NCBI GenBank assembly: GCA_051530055.1
Contig: CM121342.1
Coordinates: 7,696,691-7,760,690 of the forward strand
Direction: 5' to 3'
Length of the DNA: 64,000 bases
Origin: Neoechinorhynchus agilis
Taxonomy: Eukaryota; Animalia; Acanthocephala
Below, piece after piece: positions 37,809 through 48,803 of the stretch. A model generated the notes under the pieces. That model saw only the letters and a list, made by a program, of their open reading frames with translations, was not told the origin of the DNA and made no database searches. The stretch's first letter is position 1, and every line of letters begins with the position of its first letter. The translations under genes and the position numbers were made by a program.

Positions 37809-38582
37809 ATGAATAACGATCAAAACGAAGATGAGCTAATGCAATCCGACCAAGAGAGCAGAGATGGGTCGTCTTATTTTCTCAGACCTGAACACCCCGA
37901 GGACAATGAAACGCTGGCTCATTTGAACGAAAATATCCCTGTAGCTGCTGCGTTTTTCGAGAATAGCTTGGTGCGTGTTATCGGTGCAATGGGTCCCTAC
38001 CAATTTTACGTTTGGCCATTGAACGAAGCTGAATATAATTCAAATTTTCTCTATGAAATGAATGATTATTATTCTAGTCCCGCTAACCAGAATGACAATG
38101 ACCATGGATCAGGAGATGAAATGACTATTCACGTTGTAGCTTATGGAGGGCAATATTACCGAGCTCGCATTTTAATTCGACAATATCGTCTTTATACCGT
38201 TTATTTGGTCGATTTCGGTATTACGGCAATCGTAGAAGAATGTTTCATATTTACCTGCGAACCGCAATTTGCATTAGTGCCGGATATGGCATATCCATGC
38301 AGTCTAGAAGATGGCATGTCGCCCTCAACGGGTTCAATTTTCGATGAAATTCTTTTTCGAGCAATTGTTCTTGGAAACGTATTTGAAGCTCAACTTTTAT
38401 ATGTCGATACGTTCGAATGGACACGAATTATTGTAAAACTTTGGAGAGTTCAAAGAATCGGGTACGAGTTTATTAGGATTGCAAACGACCTGGAAGTGCA
38501 AGATCAACGAATACCAATTAGAGCGTTGCTATTGGATGTACAAAATGTGATAAGGCTTCGCTATCCAAATCTCCTTTCGTAA
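37809..38582 (+). CDS. Intronless single extended-Tudor-domain protein (257 aa)
   Basis: Nearly identical to 14363-15136. Confidence 0.85.
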   Translation: MNNDQNEDELMQSDQESRDGSSYFLRPEHPEDNETLAHLNENIPVAAAFFENSLVRVIGAMGPYQFYVWPLNEAEYNSNFLYEMNDYYSSPANQNDNDHGSGDEMTIHVVAYGGQYYRARILIRQYRLYTVYLVDFGITAIVEECFIFTCEPQFALVPDMAYPCSLEDGMSPSTGSIFDEILFRAIVLGNVFEAQLLYVDTFEWTRIIVKLWRVQRIGYEFIRIANDLEVQDQRIPIRALLLDVQNVIRLRYPNLLS

Positions 38583-39956
38583 GATGGACAACAGATAAAC
38601 CGAAGGTATTATCTTCGGACAAGTGAAGAATAACTAGACGATTTTTTGACGATTAACATTTTAATATATTCCAAATTATTTTATTTAATAAATATTAACG
38701 AATTGTTTTGCAGATCAATGGATACCTTTCCTTTTAATAAAATGAAGCAGTATGTTAAGGAGTTGGTTAGCAACAGAAGGAATACATCCATCACATTCGT
38801 TTGAGTAAATGTACAAATATTGATAAATTTATACAAATATTTAACATATTTGGTTCCTTGTACGACCGCTCGATACACAATTATTTGGGAATAATTATTT
38901 TTATATTGCCTGAAAGATATTGTTTAGTATTTACGTTCCCAAATAAATCAATTATTCTAAGTGCTTTCCACAACATTAAATATTTTTTAAATTGATCAGA
39001 AATTAACAAAAAAATTTCCATTACAAAACGCGCGAATAAAAAATGTCGAATCGAATTTGTCTAGTTCTAAATTCAGATTCACTTAAGTAATATTCGTTTC
39101 AACTAGTAAACAAAGATAAAGTCGAAAAAATTTACAAATGCTGCATATCGACAGTGACAAATTTCGGATATCTTTGCAAAAGTACGATTATGTTAAATTA
39201 AGGTACAAAGTTAATACTTTTAGTAAAAGACTTTGCATAAATGATGATTGGCTACCTCGATAAGAATGTTGCAAGTTTTCACCCACTTTTAGGTAAATAA
39301 GTGAATTTTCGTCACTCAAATGAAATAAATTACTCGAAGGACAACGAACGTATTTCTGACTAAATAAAGCGCGAGAAATATTTTTAATTTCTACGATCGT
39401 GGAATACCAATATTTTGTCATTTTAAAGCAATATTTTCTATAAGAAGTATAAAGATGATACGTAAATTAAATTCGGACTTATCATAGAGTGAGATCCTTA
39501 TATAAAGTAAGAAGTTTGAATAAACGCTAATAATTTCTGTAACTATTTCGATTACTTATAGGCGTACGTTGTCATTTAATTGCCCAAGCGATATTCATAG
39601 GAAAGTTGCAGTTTTCCTAGAAAAAATCGTATCCTGCTAGTTACAATAACTAGTAAATTTTAAGAATAAATTTTTTTGGGAAAGCCGATAGACATCATGG
39701 ACTCGAATTCGAACAGGAATTGGCGAGAAAAATAAACAACTTTTCAATCTAATACAACTCCTCATTCAGCTCGGCCAAATTAGATCAAACAATTCGCTCG
39801 AAAATATACAAGCAACACAGTATTCTTATAATATTAATAAAGAATGCAATGAAATCAGTGGAGTAAAATGTGAACCCTTTTTATTTCTATATGTTGCTTG
39901 CTCTTACCGTAAAAGAAATCCAACGATAAAAAGTTTTAATAATAGGATCATAAAAT

Positions 39957-41885
39957 TCAGTAATTATAAGTTGCTTTAATTTTCATTCCATTGACGACGA
40001 TCTGTCCAAGCGATCTCATCATTGCGAAGCGATCAATATTAAAGTGTTGGACTAGATTGTTTGAAACATTCAAGAAAACAAGATTCGACATTTTGATATC
40101 ATAAAGACTTCCCGGTATACTTCTAAGTTTGTTATCAGCAAGATTAAAAAATATAAGATTTTCCAATCCGTCGAACGCATCAACAGGAAATGTACTGAGA
40201 TCGTTTTGACTGAGATCGATAGCTTCCAACAGGCTAGCAGCTTCAAATGCTTTGGACTTTATATTGGTTATTATATTTGATTGGAGACTCAAATATTTAA
40301 GATTGGATAATCCTGAAAAATCGGAAGGAGCAAGCATTGTTATTTGATTATTGCTCAAGTCCAGAGAAGTTAAAGTATCGATTAGCAGCCACGTGCTTAA
40401 TTCTCTCACCGTTACCAGGTTTTGGTTTTTTAGCGAGATAATCTGCGTAGCTCTTGGACCATCGATTTTCAAGGCGGCCAAAATGGACTGCGGGACGAAT
40501 TCCGAGCGAAGACCGAAGTACGCGAGAGCCAAGTAAGTGTTTGTCCTATTAAAGGTAACTGTTGATATGTTATTTCCCCGTAAAACCACCGATGAAATGA
40601 AATACATGGGAGAATTTCTTGCAATCAAATCTCGAATTCGATTTTCGGACAAGTCGATATATCCCAGTTTTCTTGTATTCCGGAAAAGATTGCGATTGAC
40701 ATAATTTAGTTGGTTGTAACTAATCGAGAAGATTTCCAGTAGACCATTATTTCTAAAACTGTCCGAATTGATCGTTGTTATTAGATTATGATCAAGAAAT
40801 ATATCTCTTAAGTTGGTTAACTTTGAAAATGCGTTTTTGTGGAAACCTTTAATTTTATTATCTTGAAGATGTAGTATTGTAAGACTTGTCCAGTAATCGA
40901 AATCATTTTCGTCGATGAAATTTATTTGATTAAACGCCAATGAAAATTTCTTTATATTTTCCTTTGTTTGTAAGTTTCCAGGTGGAATCGATTTCAATTG
41001 ATTTCTCGTTATCTCGAGATTTTCAAGTCGAGGTGCTGCAACTAACAAGTTAGTGTCAAACGCTTTAGCTGATCCATCAGTGACAATAAATTCATATAAT
41101 CTTGAATATTGGCCTTTATTTCTTAATAAATCGGTTACATTTGCGAGATAGGTAATATGGAGATAACGAAGATTTTTAAACGATTCCATTTTGTCTACGG
41201 ATTTTATTGGATTACCAACTATGTACAATTCCTCAAGATTGTAAAAAGCGCTGTAGTCCTGTGCAGATAAATGTTCAATCAAATTATTATTTAAATCCAA
41301 TACTTTTAGGTATCTTAGTCTGCTAATAACGTTTATACTTTCACTTGTGAGAATATTGTTCGATAAACGAAGTATCCTCAATAACGGCAATTGCTTTGGG
41401 AATTGGGTGGGAATTACTGATATGTTGTTGAAACTCAAACTTAGTCGAAGAATTCTCTTAAATTCTTTAAAAGCGTCCTCTTGAATCTTATCAATTCCAG
41501 CTCTTTCAATGTCCAATTGTTTTACATCTCTGAATTTATAAAGTAAAGAACTGCTGAGTACTGGCGATTTGTATGACTTTTCCGATTCATGAGAGAAAGT
41601 TACTTTAACGACTTGGGGAAATAACGAGGCAAAATTTTCAGGAATATCTTTAAGATCGACATTATTAAATTCAAAATTTTCATGATTGCGTTGAGCCGAT
41701 CGTAATAAATTATTAATCGATTTCATTCTGCCAACATCATCATTTTGGTAACATCGTATTCCAACGCCTGAGATCGGTTGACAGTGCGTTAACCCGCACT
41801 TCGGTTCTCTTCCACTCGGTTCCATTGAATTAAGTTTTTGTTGAATGACTAACAACAGAATATTTAAATAAAACACTTTGAACAT
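39957..41885 (-). CDS. LRR protein copy C: intact, intronless, 642 aa
   Basis: 1929-bp ORF from MFKVFYLNILLLVIQ; paralog of B. Confidence 0.92.
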   Translation of the reverse strand: MFKVFYLNILLLVIQQKLNSMEPSGREPKCGLTHCQPISGVGIRCYQNDDVGRMKSINNLLRSAQRNHENFEFNNVDLKDIPENFASLFPQVVKVTFSHESEKSYKSPVLSSSLLYKFRDVKQLDIERAGIDKIQEDAFKEFKRILRLSLSFNNISVIPTQFPKQLPLLRILRLSNNILTSESINVISRLRYLKVLDLNNNLIEHLSAQDYSAFYNLEELYIVGNPIKSVDKMESFKNLRYLHITYLANVTDLLRNKGQYSRLYEFIVTDGSAKAFDTNLLVAAPRLENLEITRNQLKSIPPGNLQTKENIKKFSLAFNQINFIDENDFDYWTSLTILHLQDNKIKGFHKNAFSKLTNLRDIFLDHNLITTINSDSFRNNGLLEIFSISYNQLNYVNRNLFRNTRKLGYIDLSENRIRDLIARNSPMYFISSVVLRGNNISTVTFNRTNTYLALAYFGLRSEFVPQSILAALKIDGPRATQIISLKNQNLVTVRELSTWLLIDTLTSLDLSNNQITMLAPSDFSGLSNLKYLSLQSNIITNIKSKAFEAASLLEAIDLSQNDLSTFPVDAFDGLENLIFFNLADNKLRSIPGSLYDIKMSNLVFLNVSNNLVQHFNIDRFAMMRSLGQIVVNGMKIKATYNY

Positions 41886-42429
41886 TGCCTTTAAAAAACG
41901 ACGACGAAAAAATGGAGACAACTCGTGTACATTTGTACATTTGCATGAGTAAAAATATGCGTGAGATCTTTAAAGAATGAGTATAAGAGCAATACAACGC
42001 TCTTTCTCCCGCCAAATTTCTCTTCTATCTCGGTAACTTTAGCGACTTCTAATTGACCAGAATGATAATTTTCGGCCATGAATACAGTAATGTGAACCTT
42101 TCAATCGGAAGCGTAAATGAATTATAATTAAAAATGGCATCATTGTAAAAATAATCGATTTTTTTTCAGTCTGCGGCAAATTAAAATTTAATAGAGGAAT
42201 GAAACTTTAACAAAAAGTTTGAGAATTAGAATAATTTTTCAAATTTTGTCTCGACTTGAATCCTTAATAACAATTATTTTTCGTCTATATCGAACAAAAA
42301 AGGATTCCTAGATGTTGTTAAATAATTTTTTAACAAGCGAGATTAATTTTTATTAACATTTAATAAATAGACGTATTAATATTAATCGATTTCGAATTGT
42401 CGTATAAATGTAAATAAAACTTTTTATCC

Positions 42430-43610
42430 AATTTCTCATAAAGAACGCGCTCTTCATCCCCAAATTATTGTACAAGGTTCGCACAGCAACATTTTTCAAA
42501 CACAAAAAAGGATTGGCAAAGCTGGACGATAAGGTGAGGGCATGCCTTGAGCGTATTTTAAATGTCCAGCTCTCAGATGAAGCGTGGCGACAAGCTTCTT
42601 TGCCTGTGTCATCTGGGGGATTGGGAATTCGGGCACTAGTCGACCTTGCTTTGCCGGCCTTTCTTGGATCGTTTGAGGGGAGCTTACCAGTCTCGAAGAA
42701 CATTTTGAAGGAAAAGTTCTGTCTTGACCGGGATTTCGTGGTGGCGGTTGAGGAATGGTGCCAGCAGACAGGCGCTAACCATGTTCCCGTGAATGGCCTC
42801 AGACAGTCGATCAGGGACGGACCTCTTGTCGCGAGAGCTCACAACTCTCTACTTTCCGGTTCTCGTGATGGGGTCGTCCGAGCTAGACTGTTGGCAGTTT
42901 CAACACGAGAATCTGGGGCGTGGTTGGAGGCTGTTCCTCTGGCATCAGTGGGAACTCTTCTTACTGACGAGGTAACGAGGATCGCAATATCTTTAAGACT
43001 TGGTCTCCCGATATGCACGCCCCATCGCTGTCGATGTGGGTCTTTGGTTGATGCTTTCGGGCGACACGGTCTCGTCTGCAGAATGTCAGGAGGAAGGTTC
43101 TCACGCCATTCTGAAGTCAATAACGCAATTTCTCGGACGTTGAGAACGGCGAACTTCCTGAACATCCTGGAACCCGCCCACCTCTGTAGACTAGACGGCC
43201 GTAGGCCCGATGGAATTTCGGTCTTCCCGTGGCGGGAGGGCAAATGCCTTCTCTGGGACGCCACGTGTGTGGATACCCTCGCAGCCAGCAACATCCCCTA
43301 CTCCCTCGAAATCGCCGGCGGTGCCGCCAGTGCAGCGAAAGGGAGGAAAATACGGAAATATCTTCACTTATCGAGGGCTCACTATTTTGTCCCCTTTGGG
43401 GTAGAGACGTATGGAGCGTTCGGCAGCTCGGCACTCCCTCTGCTCCAGGATCTCTCGAAGAAATTGAGAGAGGCAACCGGAGACTCAAGAGCAGGCGTAT
43501 TCCTTCGACAAAATATCTCGCTAGCAGTACAACGGGACAATGCTGCCAGCGTGATGGCGACGGTCGAGGAAGGACAAAAGCTGGAATTCGGCGGGAGGTG
43601 GTGAGTGTGT
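42430..43610 (+). mobile_element. 5'-truncated CRE-clade non-LTR retrotransposon (thumb, zinc knuckle, restriction-like endonuclease)
   Basis: QASLPVSSGGLGIR; CRCG..DAFGRHGLVC; RRPDG..LLWD; KIRKY; VETYG; open to the stop at 43604. Confidence 0.9.
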
Positions 43611-43899
43611 TAATTGTCGAGAAATAAAGATTGATTGAATACATTTACAAGATAACCAGTTGTATTTCCACTTTTATTAAGTTATACCTCAAAAACTAAA
43701 AGCAATGAAGGGTTTTGACGAACTAAAATGCAAATTTTTGTACTTAAGGCTCACGGACTAGCCGGTTACATTTATTCTGTGCTGAATTGAAGGCTTTTCC
43801 ACGGCTGATAATTTTCTTTGGCTCTTATAACAACACTTTTTTGTTAATTGACAAAGAATAGAAACACTCGAGTTCTGATTGGATAAATGAATCCGGCTA

Positions 43900-44560
43900 T
43901 TTTTTTAATAATAATACGTTTATTGGTAAAAAATACAGAATAGGACCCATGTGCCTTTGGGCACTCGAATTAAAAGTTGTTCAAAAAAGTGTATCCGTTA
44001 GGATGGGATTATCCAGTGGAGGGATGTCCGTTCGGATGGGACTATCGAGTCAGGGGAGGTTCGTTAGAATGTGTCCGTCCGTTTGAGAACATCCGGTCGG
44101 GTTGGAAGGTCTACGTAGAGTTTGTGATTGATGTAGAAATATTTTTGTGTGTGATTTCGTTAGAGATTTAGGAGATGAAGAGCTGGGGTGGTGAATGGGT
44201 GATGAGGGTGAGATCGTAGGCATTTAAGAAAGGTCGTTTGAAAAATATTAAAGAGAGGTGGTGACAGTACAGCACCTTGAAGTACGCGTTTGGTGAGGGA
44301 TAAGCTGGTTTCTTAGAATTCCTCTTTAGTAGCTTTGTCTGCCCCTTTGAACCGTTAACGTTTTTCCCTTTGTACTTTTTGACTTCGATCAACTATTCAC
44401 TTTTAAGAACTTCAATTTCGAACTGAATAGCCACCGCTAATATATCCTTAACTGTGCTCATCGTTTCAATTAATAAGTCCTTTAGAGTTTCAGAAACTCA
44501 TTCAAAGCACTTTTTAGTGCAACATCAATAAGAGTAGAATACTTGGCCGATTCTCGTTTA
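43900..44560 (-). mobile_element. LINE 3' end with short poly(A) and ~31-bp internal tandem repeats
   Basis: Minus strand ends AATAAACGTATTATTATTAAAAAAA at ~43900; ORF relic LFKVLYCHHLSLIF; TCCGTT(A/C)GGATGGGA(T/C)TATC repeated at ~43997-44060. Confidence 0.5.
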
Positions 44561-44876
44561 CTGCTCATTGATTTTAGCAGAGAGAGTAAACGTTGACGAG
44601 AGATAGGACGTTTTTGAAGTGGATTACGCGTTTAATAAGGTTGGAATATCCGGTCGAGTGAGAAAGTTGGTGAATTGCTTCCGAGAAGATGTCACGGCCC
44701 GTAACACACAGCTGAGTATCACACGTAAATGAAAGATGAGTTTAGGGATCTGGGTTGTTTGCTTAAGGAAAATTATCTGCCACAAAAAAGACCTTCACTT
44801 CAACGCAGAATAAAAGACAAATAATGTGGCCAGAAAGACGCAGCTGATTTTTTTTAGTAATGAAATTCGTTGTCAG

Positions 44877-45656
44877 TGTGGCGGCGACTTCTTCCACTTG
44901 AATGACGGGCAGCCGGAAGAAGTTTCCTTGCTCCGAATGAAGGAGGGACAACAAGCATTTGACCAATGCTTGTTGTCCCTCCTTCATTCGGAGCAAGGAA
45001 GGAGGGACAACAAGCATTTGACCAATGTAGATATCACAATAAACTTCGTGTTCTTCACGTGACGCCGCCAAATTGGTGACCCAGACGAGACTGGCCTGGT
45101 CAGCGTCCTGACCAGGCCCAGCAACAACATTCAGGCCTTGCTCCTCCAATACCCTGCTGTCCTTACCTCGACGAGACCGGCCTGGTCAGCGTATTGATCA
45201 GGCCCAGCTGCCAGCAACACGCCGTCATCACACCGAGGTTCAACTCGGTTGCTCGACATAAGGCCCAGCGCAGCGTCGTGATACGCGGACCTCCTTGCTC
45301 AACCCAACGAGCCAAGCAGCGTTCGCCAATGTCACCGATGCCTCAACACTGGCAGTCGGTGCAGCCCACAAACAACGGACCAAAGACGGCACCTGGTGGT
45401 TCTATCCTTCAGCAGGAAGCTTCACTATGCCGAGACGCGACAAAGCAGCTTCGACAAGGAGCTTTCAGCCATATCCTTCAGCAAGGACGGAACGGATTAG
45501 TGCGGCGACACTGGAGGGAGGTATGTGGCGGCGACTTCCACGTGAATGACGGGCAACCGGAAGGAGTTTCCTTCCCCCGAATGAAGGAGGGACAACAAGC
45601 ATTTGACCAATGTAGATATCACAATAAACTTCGTCTCTTTCCGTGACGCCGCTAAA
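44877..45656 (+). mobile_element. TRIM-like internally deleted Ty3/gypsy element (probably CsRn1-like): LTR-PBS-pol relics-PPT-LTR with 4-bp TSD
   Basis: LTRs 44877-45072 and 45524-45656 both start TGTGGCGGCG and end CGCCGCYAAA. PBS-like TGGTGACCCAGACG at 45074; PPT GGAGGGAGG at 45513; TSD TCAG at 44873 and 45657; RNase H relics TDASTLAVGA and SFSRKLHYAETRQSSFDKELSAI. Confidence 0.85.
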
Positions 45657-45799
45657 TCAGGAGAAGCAGAAAATTCCGAAATCTATGCTAAAAATAAAAG
45701 TTTTTCACGTTGTTGATGCTTATGAATATTTTATGGAACTATCAAACGTCCGTTCAGAGGAAAGAGATAAACTGGCTCAATTTGAAAAATATTTTTTTC

Positions 45800-48225
45800 A
45801 GAAAGCCATCGGGGAAACCTGATGCCGACCCACGCCCGGATAAATGGGGAGGGTTGGCGGCAGGAAGGGCATCCGGCTGTAAAACATTTCGCCCCAATAA
45901 AACCGAAAATGAACAATCAAACGAGTACAAGACCTCGGTCTGGGCGTCGCCCGTAGCGAAAGAGGATCGATACGCTGTTTGTGGGGATTTCAATGGTCAT
46001 GTGGGAGCTGAGAACATAGGATGTCACCAAGTGCATGCTAGAAAAGGCTTCGGAAACAGAAATCAGGAGGGCGAATGTATTGTAAATTTCGCATTAGCAA
46101 ACGATTTGAGGATCGCAAATACATCTTTTCAGAAGCCGACGAGACAACTTGTCACATATAGTAGCGGTGGACGACAAACTCAAATCGACTACATTCTGTA
46201 TCCACAAAGTAAATGGAAAGAAGTTAGAGACTCAAAAATTGTTCTAGGAGAAATATGCACAACATAACATTGACCATTATTGATCGATCTTCGAATTCGA
46301 AACATCAATCGAAGAAAATATCAGACAAATCGCAAGATCAAATGGTGGCGCCTCGAAGAACCGCAAAGTCGAGAAAAGTTCAAGAAGATGGTGATCGGCA
46401 ATATAGATTATGACATCGTGGACCCTAATGTTTGGTGGATTAAAACAGCAGAGTTCATACGGTGCGCCGGAAGGGAAACTTTCGGACAGACCTCAGGGAG
46501 AAAAGGACCTAAAAGGACAACTTGGTGGTGGAACGATGCAGTCCGAATTGCAGTGACAGTCAAAAAAGAGGCCAAAAAGAAGATGGACCTTGATAGATCT
46601 GAAGAAAACAAGAAAATATACAAGGAGGCCAGAAGAAGAGCAAAGGTAGCGGTGTTGATTTCGAAGCAAGATGCAGAGGCGGCTTTCTATTCGAGGATAC
46701 AGGAGGATGAAGGAAATTCGTATGTATTCAAAGTTGCAAGAATCAAAGACCGAAAATCGAAGGACGTAACGAGTGTGAGGCAAGTCATATTTCGAACAAC
46801 TTCTGAATTCCGAAAATCCCGGGGGAAAAAGTGGAAATGAAATTTCGAACCAAGGATTTTTACAAACCATATCGAATAAGAAGTCAAGATAGCTCTTTCC
46901 AAAATGAAAAACGGCAAAGCGACTGGACCAGATGAAATACCTATAGATTTCTGGAAAGTCTTGGGGGATAATGCTATTCATTTATTGACTAAATTTGTAC
47001 GACATATCTTTGATGCTGAACGGATTCCAGACGAATGGAGGCGAAGCATTATGATCCCGATTTTCAAAAAAAGGGGGATGTCAGAGATTGCAACTGCTAC
47101 AGAAGAATCAAATTGATATGTCACACGATGAAGCTGTACGAGCGAATAATTGATCGACGCTTGCGGAGTGAAATATCAATATCTGAAATTCCGAGTAGCA
47201 TAGATGCAACATTTGCAATGAGGCAGTTGTACGAAAAGTGCTACGAAAAGCAGAAAGAGCTGCACAGTGTCTTCATTGACCTCAAAAAGTCCTACGACAC
47301 CGTCCCCGGAGATCTGATATGGATGTGCCTGAGCAGAAAATTCTGTCCAGCGGTATACGTTCGAGTAATACAAGATATGTACAAGGAATGCAAGGTAATA
47401 GTAAGAAGCCCGGTCGGAAACACGAGCGAATTCCCCGTGAAAGCTGGACTACATCAAGGATCAGCACTAAGTCCATATTTATTCGTGATAATCATGGACG
47501 TAATCAGCGAACCGTTAAATAGAGGTGCTCCATGGAATATTTTATTTGCTGATGGTATTGTATTGTCGAGCTGAACATGCCATGAACAAAAATGGAGATA
47601 GGCCTTGGAAGGAAATGGTCTACATATCTCGAAGGACAAAAACCGTCTATGTCTGACCGAAAAGCATTTGCTCACAAGATACGCAACTGAACAAAGCTGA
47701 AAACTTCAAATATCTGGGTTGATTCGTATCGAGGGAAAACGACATGACAGCCGAAATAAGAGTTAGGATTCAAAACGGATGGATGAAATGGAGAAGTCTC
47801 ACAGGGATCATTTGTGATAATAAGGTACCACTGATGATAAAAGGTCAAGTCTTTAAGACTGCGATACGACCAGTGATGATTTATGGCTCAGCCACATAAA
47901 AAGACTGCAGGTGACCGAGATGAATATGTTGCGATGGATGATCACCAGGAAAGACATAATCCCAAATAAATATATGCGTGGATCGACCAAGGTGGAGGAC
48001 GTGAAGGAAGTAATTCAGCAACGAAGGATCAAATGGAGCGAGAAAGTAAAAAATGGAACTCGGGACGCATATCCGAAATAGTGGCAATGGAGATTGAGGG
48101 AACAAGGAAACGGGGAAGACCCAAAAAAAGGTGGAAAGACGCAGATGATGAACTATGTTTGATTGTACATTTTTGTGCGACCCCGAAAAGGGATAAGCAC
48201 GAAGAAAGAAGCAAAAGAAATAATT
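45800..48225 (+). mobile_element. Degenerate RTE-clade LINE (APE plus RT)
   Basis: GDFNGHVG, QIDYIL, KATGPDEIP, YRRIKLICHTMKLYERIID, GLHQGSALSPYLF, LFADG, RKRGRPKKRWKD; multiple frameshifts; internal deletion in APE. Confidence 0.92.
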
Positions 48226-48419
48226 AAAACAGTTTCATATTCGCGCAGCATTTCTGCAACGATTCGTTGATATCAGAAAACTTACGAAAAGAAAGCAAAA
48301 CTCCTGATTAAACGGTTTCTTTCTTGGACTCTAAGACTAAATTTCTACCTTTAAGAATCACAGTTTTCGTAACCGACATTGAACTGTTTCGGTAGTCAAT
48401 CATTTTAAAGTGCTATAAA

Positions 48420-48803
48420 ATGAGTTATAAAGAAGAAACCAAAGCGAGCTGTCGATCTTTGTTTCCAAATTCGGCCGATAAAATAACCAATAAGAATAAC
48501 GTGATTGTGCTTGACAATGGAGCTTATTTCCTGAAATTCGGGTCTGCACTCTCTTCGAAGCCTCGAAAGCTTCCGAATTTCTTTGTTCGAACCCGGTCTC
48601 ATCCCCAAAAACATTTTATATCTCTGGATGATCTGGAGCGTTTGGATAAGACTTCAATGGTTTACTATCATTGTTTTTTGGAAGGATACCTTAGCGATTG
48701 GAATATTCAATCACACATTTGGCAGAAATTATTCGAAATTGAGCTGCAAAGATTAGAAATTGTTCCTGAAAATACTTCTATCGTCGTAACTGAACCGATT
48801 AAT
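48420..48803 (+). pseudogene. ACTR6: ARP6 5' half, cut after TEPIN and fused to antisense LRR copy D
   Basis: VIVLDNGAYFLKFG..LPN..EGYLSDWNIQSHIWQKLF..SIVVTEP matches the ARP6 N-terminus (LVLDNGAY, GYLVNWDVQ..VWDYLF, IIITEP). Confidence 0.92.

Noticed and set aside
44877-45060. Apparent gypsy integrase C-terminus (FHLNDGQPEEVSLLRMK)
   Set aside because: This sequence is the LTR itself, being duplicated and bounded by PBS, PPT and TSD.
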